From contig NC_043005.1 of assembly GCF_006345805.1 (NCBI RefSeq), positions 73,966,001-74,030,000 on the forward strand: a stretch of 64,000 bases of DNA, in the 5' to 3' direction. The position numbers and the translations under genes were made by a program. Shown here piece by piece: positions 48,196 through 60,906 of the stretch. The stretch is from Octopus sinensis (Eukaryota). The notes beneath the pieces were generated by a model that saw nothing but the letters and a program-made list of their open reading frames with translations, was not told the origin of the DNA and did not search any database. Each line of letters starts with the position of its first letter. Position 1 is the stretch's first letter.

Positions 48196-48498
48196 CTGTT
48201 GAAGGTACAACAGTACTTTCAGTAGAGCTAGGTGTGGCTGTTGTGACTTTTGTAGCATTGCTAGTTACTGATGTTTCTGTGGATGACGGTGCTGTAGATG
48301 TTTGACTAGTAGTTGTTCCAGGTGTTGTCTCGGGTGATGTCTCAGGTGACGTCTGAGGTGATGTCTCAGGTGATGTTTTCTGAGAAACGGAGGGACTGGA
48401 TGTAATTGTACTAGATTTGGTCACACCTTGAGTTGTCAAAGCTGATGTTGAAATGTGAGATGTCCCAGAAATTGTTGTGGGTTTACTTGTTGTCTTAG
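48196..48498 (-). CDS. Mucin-like protein exon, PTS
   Basis: TTTTCAG acceptor and G|GTAAGT donor; 303 nt, phase 1-1. Encodes AKTTSKPTTISGTSHIST...TSPETSPQTSPETSPETTP...STVVPST. Confidence 0.88.
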
Positions 48499-48819
48499 CT
48501 GAAAATTAAAACACATTTGTCTTCCTAAGTAACATGCTGTCTTTTGAATTTAACAATTGTCCACATATTGAGGCTGTGGACAATATAACTGAATTGCATA
48601 AATATAATTTTCTCCTCAAATAAACTAGAAAAAACTGAAGTTGCATGAGTTAATATAGGATACCATACTCCCTGTTAATGCTTTTATTGCCACATTTCTG
48701 CTGAAACATACTGTGTTTGTCACAGTTAATTGTTAAAATGATCAAGAATTTAATAAAATAATTTTGTCATTATGAAGCTAGTGTTTAGAATATAAATTAC
48801 AATATTTCCCAACATACAA

Positions 48820-49700
48820 GTTATGAGAGGGTACCAAAAGAAACCAGAATTCTGAAATATTATTTTATTCACTTAGTTTTACACGTTTACACTTTTCTCG
48901 CCTTGAAAGTATTCCCCATTTGAAGCAATGCAATGGTCCAGCTGTGTTTTCCATTACTCAAAGCAATGCTGGAACTCTTGTGAAGTGATGCCTTTTAATG
49001 CCTCCATCGTTTTTTCTTCACCTCTTCCACATCTGCAAATTCTTATTTCTTTATTGCCCACAAGGGGCTAGACATAGAGGGGACAAACAAGGACAGACAA
49101 AGGGATTAAGTCGATTACATTGACCCCAGTGCATAACTGGTACTTAATTTATCAATCCCAGAAGGATGAAAGGCAAAGTCAACCTTGGCAGAATTTGAAC
49201 TCAGAACGTAATGGCAGACGAAATATTGCTAAGCATTTCGCACGGCATGCTAACATTTCTGCCAGCTCGCAAATTTACGACACACATTCAGTTGTGACTG
49301 CTTTTGATATTCAGTGAGCAAGCGAGGCACAAATTTTGCTACAATTCTTTTCATTCGCAATTCCTTGCTAAAAATTCATTGGCAGGGGCTCCAACACACA
49401 CCAGTCATATCAACAAGTTCATACATTATTCAATGACTATCCTCCAAGACCAGTCCATGAATTTTCAGATTTTCATTCCTTTGGGAGGTTGACAGTCACC
49501 ATGAACAAGTTTGGTCCTCAAGCAAGAAGTAACCATTCCTGAAGTGGGAAAACCATTCATAAACTTGTGTTTTGCTCATGGTAGTGGCCTTGTAAGTAAG
49601 TTGTTTGAATCATGACAACTGTTTTGGCTGCTGTTTTCTTTAGCAGAAAACAAAATTTCATGGAAGCACACTGTTGGGGACCCTCTCATATAGTGTAAAC
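48820..49700 (-). mobile_element. Decayed mariner remnant interrupted by a SINE B (49044-49268)
   Basis: DVEEVKKKTMEALKGIT...DHCIASNGEYF-type C-terminus next to a TIR-like end at ~48820. Confidence 0.6.
49044..49268 (-). mobile_element. SINE family B monomer
   Basis: Typical body and Tx1-like tail. Confidence 0.88.
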
Positions 49701-50089
49701 AAGTGTAAACATTCAAACATTGCCATTATCATTCCAAATTCTGTGCATTTCACATGGAATTTTTGATCCTCCAAATTTGTCCTGGATGTACCAATTTTGG
49801 CTGTAAATTTTCATCTGAAAACTTGTATGCCAGAAAATACAGTAACCTAAATCTTTGATGAACGGTTTTAATTCAGATTATTTTAAATCAGGAAGTTTGC
49901 ATCACAGAATCAAGAGCAATTTCAGGAAGGGCGGCATTAAATGAATTAAAGGATTTAAAGTTCATACCTTTAATGACCAGGGACCATTCCATCTTACTGA
50001 AAATAGCCATCATTCTTCATTCTAAATTCTAAATTGATTTATACTTTCTATGAATTTTATTCTATAAACTCCTTTATATTTTGATAGGG

Positions 50090-50465
50090 TATTTAGAAAA
50101 GATGTTGGACCTCACAGAAGGGATGACAGGGAACCAAGACTTCTGGCAGTCTGCTGTGCTTCAGAAGACACATCAAGCTAAGTAAATAAGTGGTTGTCTT
50201 TGCATACAGGCATGTCCCCTTCATCCCTCTTCAGGTGGGTGTTCCTAATCTAGCAGGCTCATGGGTACCAATGCCACGTAAAAAGCACCCATGCTGTTGC
50301 TGCATAAGAGCACCCAATACTCTGTAAAGTGGTTGGTGTTAGGAAAGGCATCCAGCCATAGAAACCATGCCAAAACAGATGACTGGAGTCCAGGCAGCTC
50401 TCCAGCTCCTGGCAAACTGTCCAACCCATGCCAGCACGGAAAGCAGACATTAAATGATGATGATA
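50090..50465 (+). mobile_element. RTE-like LINE 3' end with (ATG)n tail
   Basis: Ends ...GGCATCCAGCCATAGAAACC...GACATTAAATGATGATGAT. The same tail occurs at 45180-45410 (+), 58738-58830 (-) and 59921-60430 (-). Confidence 0.65.
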
Positions 50466-50648
50466 TTAAATAGTTGAGGCTAGCCTAATATAGCAGGAGT
50501 GTTAAAGTGTCAAACATTTGCTAGACGTGCATACAACATTTCTCATCGTTGTTCATACAATTTTTGATCATTATGATCATAAGTTTGATGGTGAGTCACT
50601 GAAGAATACACTAAGCATTTACTGTTATTTGATATAACAGTATAACAG

Positions 50649-51066
50649 AAGGCGGCGAGCAGGCAGAAACATTAGCGCACCGGGTGAAATGCGTAGTGGT
50701 ATTTCGTCTGCCACTATGTTCTGAGTTCAAATTCCGCCGAGGTTGACTTTGCTTTTCATCCTTTTGGGGTCGATTAAATAAGTACCAGTTACACACTGGG
50801 ATCGATATAATCGACTTAATCCGTTGTCTGTCCTTGTTTGTCCTCTCTGTGTTTAGCCCCTTGTGGGTAGTAAAGAAATAGGTATTTTGTCTGTCGTTAC
50901 ATTCTAAGTTCAAATTCCGCCGAGGTCGACTTTGCCTTTCATCCTTTCGGGGTCGATTAAATAAGTACCAGTTATGCACTGGGATCGATGTAATCAACTT
51001 AATCCCTTTGTCTGTCCTTGTTTGTCCTCTCTGTGTTTAGCCCCTTGTGGGTAGTAAAGAAATAGG
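50649..51066 (+). mobile_element. SINE family B dimer
   Basis: Junction AAAGAAATAG|GTATTTTGTC at ~50881. TSD-like TTATTTGATAT(A/G)ACAGTA. Confidence 0.9.
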
Positions 51067-51112
51067 TATTATTTGATATGACAGTAAAATATATTAGCTA
51101 TGTGACACTTAC

Positions 51113-51196
51113 CAGTGATCGTTGTGCTTCCTGATAATGTTGTTGGGCCTGTAGTTGATATCTTTTCACTTGTTGACGATGCTGTTCCAACCGTCA
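51113..51196 (-). CDS. Mucin-like protein exon, PTS
   Basis: TTTACAG acceptor and G|GTAAGT donor; 84 nt, phase 1-1. Encodes VTVGTASSTSEKISTTGPTTLSGSTTIT. Confidence 0.85.
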
Positions 51197-51480
51197 CTGT
51201 AAAGTAATTGACATGAAAATAAATGTTAAACCTCTTTAAGAGTCAGTGTTTATCTTGAACTTCTGTGAAATTAGGTCAAGAATAACCATCAAAATTTCGC
51301 AAAAAAAAAAAATGCTAAGCAAAGGGATAACTTTCAGTTACATAGTTGGCCTAGGATATTCGCAACTTAGGGCAAAACAATTACCCAGTGCTAATTATAT
51401 TGTTCTAATTTACCTGACGTTATTTAAACCCTATAAACTATTAAAGGAGTTTGTAAGTGTAAGATCTTATGACTAAATAC

Positions 51481-54400
51481 CTGGTGTTGTTGGCTGTGGT
51501 GTCTCGACAGTCGGAGGAGAGGAAGCAATCTCAGTTGCATTCGCCGTTGTTGATGATGGTCCACTTGTTGTCGTGGTTGTTGGAGGTGAGGCTGTGGATG
51601 GTGCTGCTGTTGATGATGCTGGGGGAACGCCGGTTGTCGTACTTATTGGTGTTGCTGACGAAGATGACAGAGTTGAAACCACAGGAGTAACAGTTGTTGA
51701 GGCAGAAGTACTGCTCACTAATGTTGTTGTTGCTGATGGTACAACAGTTGTAGCTGAGGTCAAAGCAGTTGCAGCAGATGTTCTTGCAGAAAACACAGCT
51801 GTTGTGGTTGCTGAAGGTGTAGTAGCAGTAGTTGTAGCTGGTGATGCAGCTGTTGTGGTTGCTGAAGGTGCAGCAGTTGTTGTTCCTGATGGTGCAGCTG
51901 TTGTGGTAGCTGACGGTGCAGCAGTTGTTGTTCCTGATGGTGCAGCTGTTGTGCCAGCAGTTGTGGTACCTGATGGTGCAGCAGTTGTGGTTCCTGATGC
52001 TGCAGCTGTTGTGGCAGCGGTTGTGGTAGCTGATGGTGCAGCTGTTGTGGTTCCTGATGGTACAGCTGTTGTGGAAGCAGTTGTGGTAGCTGATGGTGCA
52101 GCAGTTGTTGTTCCTGATGGTGCAGCTGTTGTGCCAGCAGTTGTGGTACCTGATGGTGCAGCAGTTGTGGTTCCTGATGCTGCAGCTGTTGTGGCAGCGG
52201 TTGTGGTAGCTGATGGTGCAGCAGTTATGTTCCTGATGGTGCAGCTGTTGTGGCAGCGGTTGTGGTAGCTGATGGTGCAGCAGTTGTTGTTCCTGATGGT
52301 GCAGCTGTTGTACCAGCAGTTGTGGTAGCTGATGGTGCAGCAGTTGTTGTTCCTGATGGTGCAGCAGTTGTTGTTCCTGATGGTGCAGCTGTTGTGGCAG
52401 CAGTTGTGGTAGCTGATGGTGCAGCAGTTGTTGTTCCTGATGGTGCAGCTGTTGTGACAGCAGTTGTGGTAGCTGATGGTGCAGCAGTTGTTGTTCCTGA
52501 TGGTGCAGTTGTTGTGGCAGCAGTTGTGGTAGCTGATGGTGCAGCAGTTGTGGTTCCTGTTGGTGCAGCTATTGTGGTAGCTGACGGTGCAGCGGTTGGG
52601 GTTCCTGATGGTACAGCTGTTGTGGCAGCAGTTGTGGTTCCTGATGGTGCAGCAGTTGTGGTTCCTGATGGTGCAGCAGTTGTTCCTGATGGTGCAGTTG
52701 TTGTGCCAGCGGTTGTTGTTCCTGATGGTGCAGCGGTTGTGACAGCAGTTGTGGTAGCTGATGTTGCAGCTGTTGTGGTTCCTGATGTTGCAGGTGCTGT
52801 GCCAGCAGTTGTTCTTGCAGATAGTGCAGCAGTTGTTGTTCCTGATGGTGCAGCTGTTGTGCCAGCAGTTGTGGTAGCTGATGGTGCAGCAGTTGTTGTT
52901 CCTGATGGTGCAGCTGTTGTGCCAGCAGTTGTGGTCGCTGATGGTGCAGTTGTTGTGCCAGCAGTTGTGGTAGCTGATGGTGCAGCAGTTGTGGTTCCTG
53001 ATGGTGCAGCTGTTGTGGTTCCTGATGTTGCAGCTGTTGTGGCAGCAGTTGTGGTTCCTGATGGTGCAGCTGTTGTGCCAGCAGTTGTTGTTCCTGATGG
53101 TGCAGCTGTTGTGCCAGCAGTTGTGGTAGCTGATGGTGCAGCAGTTGTGGTTCCTGATGGTGCAGCTGTTGTGCCAGCAGTTGTTGTTCCTGATGGTGCA
53201 GCTGTTGTGGCAGTAGTTGTGGTCGCTGATGGTGCAGCAGTTGTTGTTCCTGATGGTGCAGTTGTTGTGCCAGCAGTTGTGGTAACTGATGGTGCAGCAG
53301 TTGTGGTTCCTGATGGTGCAGCTGTTGTTGCAGCAGTTGTTGTTCCTGATGGTGCAGCTGTTGTGGCAGCAGTTGTGGTCGCTGATGATGCAGCAGTTGT
53401 TGTTCCTGATGGTGCAGTTGTTGTGCCAGCAGTTGTGGTAGCTGATGGTGCAGCAGTTGTGGTTCCTGATGGTGCAGTTGTTGCCAGCAGTTGTGGTAGC
53501 TGATGATGCAACAGTTGTGGTTCCTGATGGTGCAGCTGTTGTTGTTCCTGATGGTGCAGCTGTTGTGGCAGCAGTTGTGGTCGCTGATGGTGTAGCAGTT
53601 GTGGTTCCTGATGGTGCAGCTGTTGTGGCAGCAGTTGTGGTCGCTGATGGTGCAGCAGTTGTGGTTCCTGATGGTGCAGTTGTTGTGCCAGCAGTTGTGG
53701 TAGCTGATGGTGCAGCAGTTGTGGTTCCTGATGTTGCAGCTGTTGTTGTTCCTGATGGTGCAGCTGTTGTGGCAGCAGTTGTGGTCGCTGATGGTGCAGC
53801 AGTTGTTGTTCCTGATGGTGCAGTTGTTGTGCCAGCAGTTGTGGTAGCTGATGGTGCAGCAGTTGTGGTTCCTGATGGTGCAGCTGTTGTTGCAGCAGTT
53901 GTTCCTGATGGTGCAGCTGTTGTGGCAGCAGTTGTGGTCGCTGATGGTGCAGCAGTTGTTGTTCCTGATGGTGCAGTGTTGTGCCAGCAGTTGTGGTAGC
54001 TGATGTGCAGCAGTTTTGTGGTCTTGTATGGTGTTGCAGTTGTTGTGCCAGCAGTTGTGGTTCCTGATGGTGCAGCTGTTGTTGCAGCAGTTGTTCCTGA
54101 TGGTGCAGCTGTTGTGGCAGCAGTTGTGGTCGCTGATGGTGCAGCAGTTGTGGTTCTGATGGTGCAGCTGTTGGGCAGCAGTTGTGGTCGCTGATGGTTG
54201 GTGCAGTTCCCTGTGGTAGCTGGTGTCCGTGGTGCCAGGTGCTATGGATCAGCTTGTGGTTCCTGATGGTGCAGTTGTTGTGCCAGCAGTTGTGGTAGCT
54301 GATGGTGCAGCAGTTGTGGTTCCTGATGTTGCAGCTGTTGTTGTTCCTGATGGTGCAGCTGTTGTGGCAGCAGTTGTGGTCGCTGATGGTGCAGCAGTTG

Positions 54401-56976
54401 TTGTTCCTGATGGTGCAGTTGTTGTGCCAGCAGTTGTGGTAGCTGATGGTGCAACAGTTGTGGTTCCTGATGGTGCAGCTGTTGTTGCAGCAGTTGTGGT
54501 TCCTGATGGTGCAGCTGTTGTGGCAGCGGTTGTGGTGGCTGATGGTGCAGCAGTTGTTGTTCCTGATGGTGCAGTTGTTGTGCCAGCAGTTGTGGTAGCT
54601 GATGGTGCAGCAGTTGTGGTTCCTGATGGTGCAGCTGTTGTTGCAGCAGTTGTGGTTCCTGATGGTGCAGCTGTTGTGGCAGCGGTTGTGGTGGCTGATG
54701 GTGCAGCAGTTGTTGTTCCTGATGGTGCAGTTGTGCCAGCAGTTGTGGTAGCTGATGGTGCAGCAGTTGTGGTTCCTGATGTTGCAGCTGTTGTTGTTCC
54801 TGATGGTGCAGCTGTTGTGCCAGCAGTTGTGGTCGCTGATGGTGCAGCAGTTGTGGTTCCTGATGTTGCAGCTGTTGTTGTTCCTGATGGTGCAGTTGTT
54901 GTGCCAGCAGTTGTGGTTCCTGATGGTGCAGCTGTTGTGGCAGCAGTTGTGGCAGCAGTTGTGGTCGCTGATGGTGCAGCAGTTGTTGTTCCTGATGGTG
55001 CAATTGTTGTGCCAGCAGTTGTGGTAGCTGATGGTGCAGCAGTTGTGGTCGCTGATGGTGCAGCAGTTGTTGTTCCTGGTGGTGCAGCGGTTGTGGTCGC
55101 TGATGGTGCAGCAGTTGTTCCTGATGGTGCAGCTGTTGTGGCAGCAGTTGTTGTAGCTGATGGTGCAGCTGTCGTGCCAGCAGTTGTTGTTCCTGATGGT
55201 GCAGTGGTTGTGGTTCCTGATGTTGCAGGTGCTGTGCCAGCAGTTGTTCTTTCAGATAGTGCAGCAGTTGTTGTTCCTGATGGTGCAGCTGTTGTCGCAG
55301 CAGTTGTGGTAGCTGATGGTGCAGCTGTTGTGGTTCCTGATGGTACAGCTGTTGTGGAAGCAGTTGTGGTAGCTGATGGTGCAGCAGTCGTGGTTCCTGA
55401 TGGTACAGCTGTTGTGGTAGCTGATGGTGCAGTTGTTGTGGAAGCAGTTGTAGTAGCTGATGGTGCAGCAGTTGTTGTTCCTGATGTTGCAGCTGTTGTG
55501 GTAGCTGATGGTGCAACGGTTGTTGTTCCTGATGGTGCAGCTGTTATTCCTGCAGTTGTGGTAGCTGATGGTGCAGCAGTCGTGGTTCCTGATGGCGCAG
55601 CTGTTGTGCCGGCAGTTGTGGTAGCTGATGGTGCAACAGTTGTGGTTCCTGTGGTGCAGCTGTTGTAGTTGCAGATGGAGCAGCTGTAGATACAGTTGTA
55701 GTAGCTGTTGTAGTTACAGATGATGCAGATATAGTTGCAGCTGTTGTCATTGCAGAATGTGCAGTTGTCGTAGTTCCTGGTGGTGCAGCAGTTGTGGTTC
55801 CTGATGGTACAGCTGTAGTTGCAGTTGTTGTCATTGTTGATGTTGCAGCAGTTGTGGTTCTAGATGGTGCAGCAGTTGTAGTTCCTGCTGTTGCAGCTGT
55901 AGTTACAGCTGGTGTAGTTGCTGATGATGCAGCTGTTGTACTTCCTAATGGTGCAGCAGTTGTGGTTCCTGTTATTGCAGCTGTTGAGGAAGCAGTTGTG
56001 GTAGCTGATGGTACAACTGTTGTGGCAGCAGTTGTGGTAGCTGATGGTGCAGCAGTCGTAGTTCCTGATGGTACAGCTGTTGTGGCAGCAGTTGTGGTTC
56101 CTGATGGTGCAGCAGTTGTGGTTCCTGATGGTGTAGCTGTTGTGCCAGCGGTTGTGGTAGCTGATGGTGCAGCAGTTGTGGTTCCTGATGGTGCAGCTGT
56201 TGTGGCAGCAGTTGTGGTTCCTGATGGTGCAGCTGTTGTGCCAGCAGTTGTGGTAGCGGATGGTGCAGCTGTTGTGGTAGCTGAAGGTGCAGCAGTTGTG
56301 GTAGCTGATGTTGCAGCAGTTGTTGTTCTTGATGTTGCAGCCGCTGTTGTTGTTGCTGATGGTGCAGCAGTTGTGGTTCCTGATGGTACACCAGTAGTTG
56401 TCATAGCTGTTGTGGTTGCTGATGGTGCAGCTGTTGTGGTTCCTGTAGTTGCAGCTGTTGTGGTTGCTGATGGTGCAGCTGTTGTGGTTCCTGTAGTTGC
56501 AGCTGTTGTGGTTGCTGATGGTGCAGGTGTTGTTGTTCCTGATGGCACAGCTGTAGATGCAACTGTTGTGGTTGCTGATGGTGCAACAGTTGTTGAAGAT
56601 CTTGCAGTAGAACTTCTAGTAACAGCTGTTGTCTTTGCTGAGGGTGCAGCCGTACTTGCGATACCAGTTGTTTCAGATGATGCACCTGTTGTAATTGGTG
56701 TTGCAGTTGTTATCGCTGTAGAAGCTGATGTTATTTTTGTTGGTGCACCAGTCGTGGTTGATGGTGTTGCTGTTGATGGTGCAGTACTTCTTTCAGTTGG
56801 AGCCAATGTTGCCGTTGTTTCACCAGAAGGTGCAGGTGTTGATGCACTTGAAGTGGTTGATGTTGCAGTTGTTCTTGATATCACAGTGGTCGTTGGAGCC
56901 ATCGTTTCTGTTGTCTCACCAACAGATGTTGGTGCAATGGTTGTGGTTGTTGGGACAGTAGGTCTTGATGTTGAAA
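51481..56976 (-). CDS. Mucin-like protein giant PTS tandem-repeat exon (frameshifted as assembled)
   Basis: TGACAG acceptor at 56977-56978 and G|GTATTT donor at 51479-51480; 5496 nt. Thr/Ala/Pro/Ser repeats built from SGTTTAAP and SATTTAATTAAP units. Indels break the frame at ~55651, 53975-54250, ~53482 and ~52228. Confidence 0.88.
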
Positions 56977-57004
56977 CTGTCAATACACAAATAGTATGAA
57001 GTTA

Positions 57005-57270
<266 letters not shown>

Positions 57271-57277
57271 CGTAGTG

Positions 57278-57654
57278 GCATTGTCAGTTACAACGACGAG
57301 GATTCCAGTTGATCTAATCAATGGAACAGCCTGTTCAGGAAATTAATGTGCAAGTGGCTGAACACTCCACAAACACGTGTACACTTAACGTGGTTCTCGG
57401 GGAGATTCAGCATGACACAGAGTGTGACAAGGTTGGCCCTCTGAAATACAGGTACAACAGAAACAGGAAGAAAGAGTGAGAGAAAATTGTGGTGAAAGAG
57501 TACAGCAGGGTTCTCCACCAACCCCTGCCAGAGCTTCGTGGAGCTTTAGGTGTTTTTGCTCAATAAACATTCACAATGCCCAGTCTGGGAATCAAAACTG
57601 CGAACCTATGACTGCGAGTCCACTGCCCTAACCACTGGCCCATTGCGCCTCCAC
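57278..57654 (-). mobile_element. SINE family C (H1+T2)
   Basis: Minus strand TGGAGGCGCAATGGGCCAGTGGTTAGG...GTCGTTGTAACTGACAATGCCA. Confidence 0.85.
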
Positions 57655-58138
57655 AATGGATGGATGGCTGGCTGGATGGCTAGGATGCTGGCTGGCTGGC
57701 TGGATGGATGGATGGATGGATGGATAGATAGATAGATTGATAGTCAAATTATATATATTATATATTATATATATAGCATATTGTATGTATATATATATAT
57801 ATATATCGATATAAATATATATACACGTATATATAACACATATATATTACACATACTTATATTATGCAAACATAATATACATAAATATATGCTTGTTTTA
57901 TTATCAATGGTCATCAAAAACAAATTATAATTGTTTCACCAGTGTTTGAATTTAGAATGATGGATAATGAGAAAGCTCAATTAGTTTTAATGTAGTTCAT
58001 CTTGGACACATTGGTTCCTAACAACTAAATGAGAGTAGAAGAGATGTTAACATGACATATTTCCATTTGCCAACCTGCTTAGAGCTAAAAGCAAAAATAA
58101 TTTGCTTCCAAAGGTTCAAATATCATGCCTGGACATCA

Positions 58139-58573
58139 ATAGGAGAGGCTATGTGGCAAGTAGCTTGCTTACGAACCACATGGTTCCGGGTTCAGTCCCA
58201 CTGCATGGCACCTTGAGCAAGTGTCTTCTACTATAGCCTCGGGCTGACCAAAGCCTTGTGAGTGGATTTGGTAGATGGAAACTGAAAGAAGCCCGTCGTA
58301 TATATATATATATATTATATATATATATATATGTATATATTTATATGTATGTGTGTGTATATGTTTGTGTGTCTGTGTTTGTCCCCCCAACATCGCTTGA
58401 CAACTGATGCTGGTGTGTTTACGTCCCCGTAACTTAGCAGTTCGGCAAAAGAGACCGATGGAATAAGTACTAGGCTTACAAAGAATAACTCTTGGGGTCG
58501 ATTTGTTTGACCAAAGGCGGTGCTCCAGCATGGCCACAGTCACATGACTGAAACAAGTAAAAGAGTAAAAGAG
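58139..58573 (+). mobile_element. SINE family A
   Basis: Full-length, with internal (TA)n(TG)n. Confidence 0.9.
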
Positions 58574-58927
58574 ATGTAAGTAACAGTTGCTGAACATTGC
58601 CAGATGAAGCTTAATGCTTTGTTTCCTTTTCCTACTGAACATTAAAGATATATTCTGTATGAGCTAAAATGAATATCAATATGCATGTTTATCTGTATGT
58701 CATTGCCAGTGTTAAGAAAGTTAAATGGTTTCAAAATCATCATCATTTAACGTCTGTTGTCCATGCTGGCATGGGTTGGATTGTTTGACCAAGGCTGGCA
58801 AGCTGGAAGGCTGCGCCAGACTTGGCATGGTTTGTACAACTGGAAATAATTAGACTCTTATCTACCTCTTTGCGACAATCTTAAACCTCTTAATTTATCG
58901 AAATATTTGTAATAACAGGAATGTTGT

Positions 58928-59228
58928 TTGTTCCTTCTCGAGCCATGCCTGGCTCATAAGGACTGGTTTCCCGGTTTCCTTGGCGTATAGGTTCCCCACC
59001 TGGATGGGATGCCAGTCCGTCACAGGTGAGCTGCTAATTGCAGGAGGAAAGAGTGAGAGAAAGTTGTGGCGAAAGAGTCAGCAGAAGTTCGCCATTACCT
59101 TCTGCCGGAGCCGCGTGGGGCTTAGGTGTTTCACTCATAAACACACACATCGCCTGTTCTGAGATTCGAACCCGCGATCACTCGACTGCGAGTCCGCTAC
59201 TCTGACCACTAGGCCATGTGCCTCCACA
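58928..59228 (-). mobile_element. SINE family C (H1+T1)
   Basis: Homologous to 32330-32632. Confidence 0.87.
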
Positions 59229-59262
59229 TAACAGGAATGCCCTATGAAGGTTCAAAACTTAC

Positions 59263-59304
59263 CCTTTGTTGCAGGACTAGTAGGAGGAGGAACAGTTCCA
59301 GTAA
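59263..59304 (-). CDS. Mucin-like protein micro-exon
   Basis: TTTTTTCAG acceptor and G|GTAAGT donor; 42 nt, phase 1-1. Encodes VTGTVPPPTSPATK. Confidence 0.75.
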
Positions 59305-59920
59305 CTGAAAAAACAAAAACATTCACCTTTTAGTAAAATTCTATTAACCTCTAATTCTGTTACTGACAGAATTATATATCAAATCAGATCAAGAGGGTGT
59401 CTTGTTATCAACAGTAGGACTAGTAACATATAAGCTGGGTGAGTTATGATGGGGAGAGTTTACGAAAAAAACAAAAGACGAAGACAGGTGGTGTACAAAA
59501 CAAACAGATGTATTAGTATAACGCTCAGGAATAGAAAGTCTTTTATGTTTCGAGCCTATGCTCTTCTACAGAAAGGGACACAGAAAAAACAAGGAGAGAA
59601 ACAAGGAGAGGAAAAATGTGTGTACTGGCTAACGATACCCCAAACATGAATGGCTTGTACTTCTAGTTACAAATAGTGAAGACAAGAATAGGAATTAATA
59701 TTTACAACCGGTAAAACACTAGGTTTAGCTATATATTTCATAAAAAACATTGTTTTTCAATGTCTTTGGTTATACTTGTCCAGTGATGCAACCACTGTGT
59801 CAGTATAGTTCCAATAACAATGGTGACAATGGCATGTCTGAGCAACAGAGTGCAGAAGAATATCATGGCTTATTTTTATTCAAACACACTGATAAATTGT
59901 TCTTGTTTGCCCAATGTTTA

Positions 59921-60430
59921 CATCATCATCATCATCATCGTCGTTTAACATCCGCTTTCCATGCTAGCATGGGTTGGACAATTTGACTGAGGGCTGTTGA
60001 ACCAGATGGCTGCACCAGGCTCCAAACTTGATCTGGCAGAGTTTCTACAGCTGGATGCCATTCCTAATGCCAACCACTGCGAGAGTGCAGTGGGTGCTTT
60101 TACGTGCCACTGGCACGGGGACCAGTCAGGCAGTACTGGCAACAACCTCGCTCGAATCTTTTTACACATGCCACTGGCACAGGTGCCATTAAGGTGATGC
60201 TGGTAACAATCACACTCGAATGGTGCCTTTTATGTGCCACTGGCACGGAAGCCAGTTAGCCACTCTGGCAACGATCACGCTCGGATGATGCTCTTTGCAC
60301 CCCACTAGCACGGATACCAGTCATCGAATTTGATTTTGATTTGAATTTCACTTGTCTCAACAGGTCTTCGCAAGCAGAGTTTAGTGTCCAAAGAAGAAAA
60401 AGGTACGCATAAGTGGGCTGGTTACGCCCC
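59921..60430 (-). mobile_element. RTE-type element 3' region with (ATG)n tail
   Basis: Plus strand CATCATCATCGTCGTTTAACATCCGCTTTCCATGCTAGCATGGGTTGGAC..., with internal GTGCCACTGGCAC repeats. Confidence 0.65.
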
Positions 60431-60906
60431 TAGCATAGCCCAAACATGTCATTAATTATGACTAACAAGTTGTGCATTAAAACATTTCATATAAACCTTT
60501 CTGCCACTTTATATTTTTGATAATAAATTCATTAGCTGTATCTTTGTGACTGTGGAATATTGGTAATTTCACTATAATTGTAGGCATAACTTTTACCAAT
60601 AGTAGCATCAGGGGTTAAAATTATGTTCACGATACATACATCAGGAAAAATCAAAATCATTTTGTAGCATATTTGAAAATAATTGTAATAAAATATCTAA
60701 TATACAGGTGCAAGCAAGACTTAGTAAACCCATAATAAATTCATGTGTGTAAATATCACACTAATGATCACTTTAAAATAAATATTGAATATTATATGTT
60801 TTATATTTCAATCTTATTCATCTAAAGCATTACATCATGCTTCAATCAATTATTAATTACTTCATATACAATATCTATAATTAACAGTCAATATAATCAT
60901 TCTTAC

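Noticed and set aside
54242-56685. Gln/Leu/His-rich minus-strand ORFs (QQLHHQ...)
   Set aside because: These are alternative frames of the same PTS repeat, exposed by indels. There is no independent start or splice context.
51573-56999. Long plus-strand ORFs rich in VVPDGAAVV (231-481 aa)
   Set aside because: They are the antisense shadow of the Thr/Ala codons (ACA/ACC/GCT/GCA) of the mucin repeat. All splice signals and the protein logic are on the minus strand.
59750-59920. Possible additional mucin exon between 59304 and 60907
   Set aside because: No convincing minus-strand acceptor/donor pair with an open PTS- or Cys-rich frame was found.
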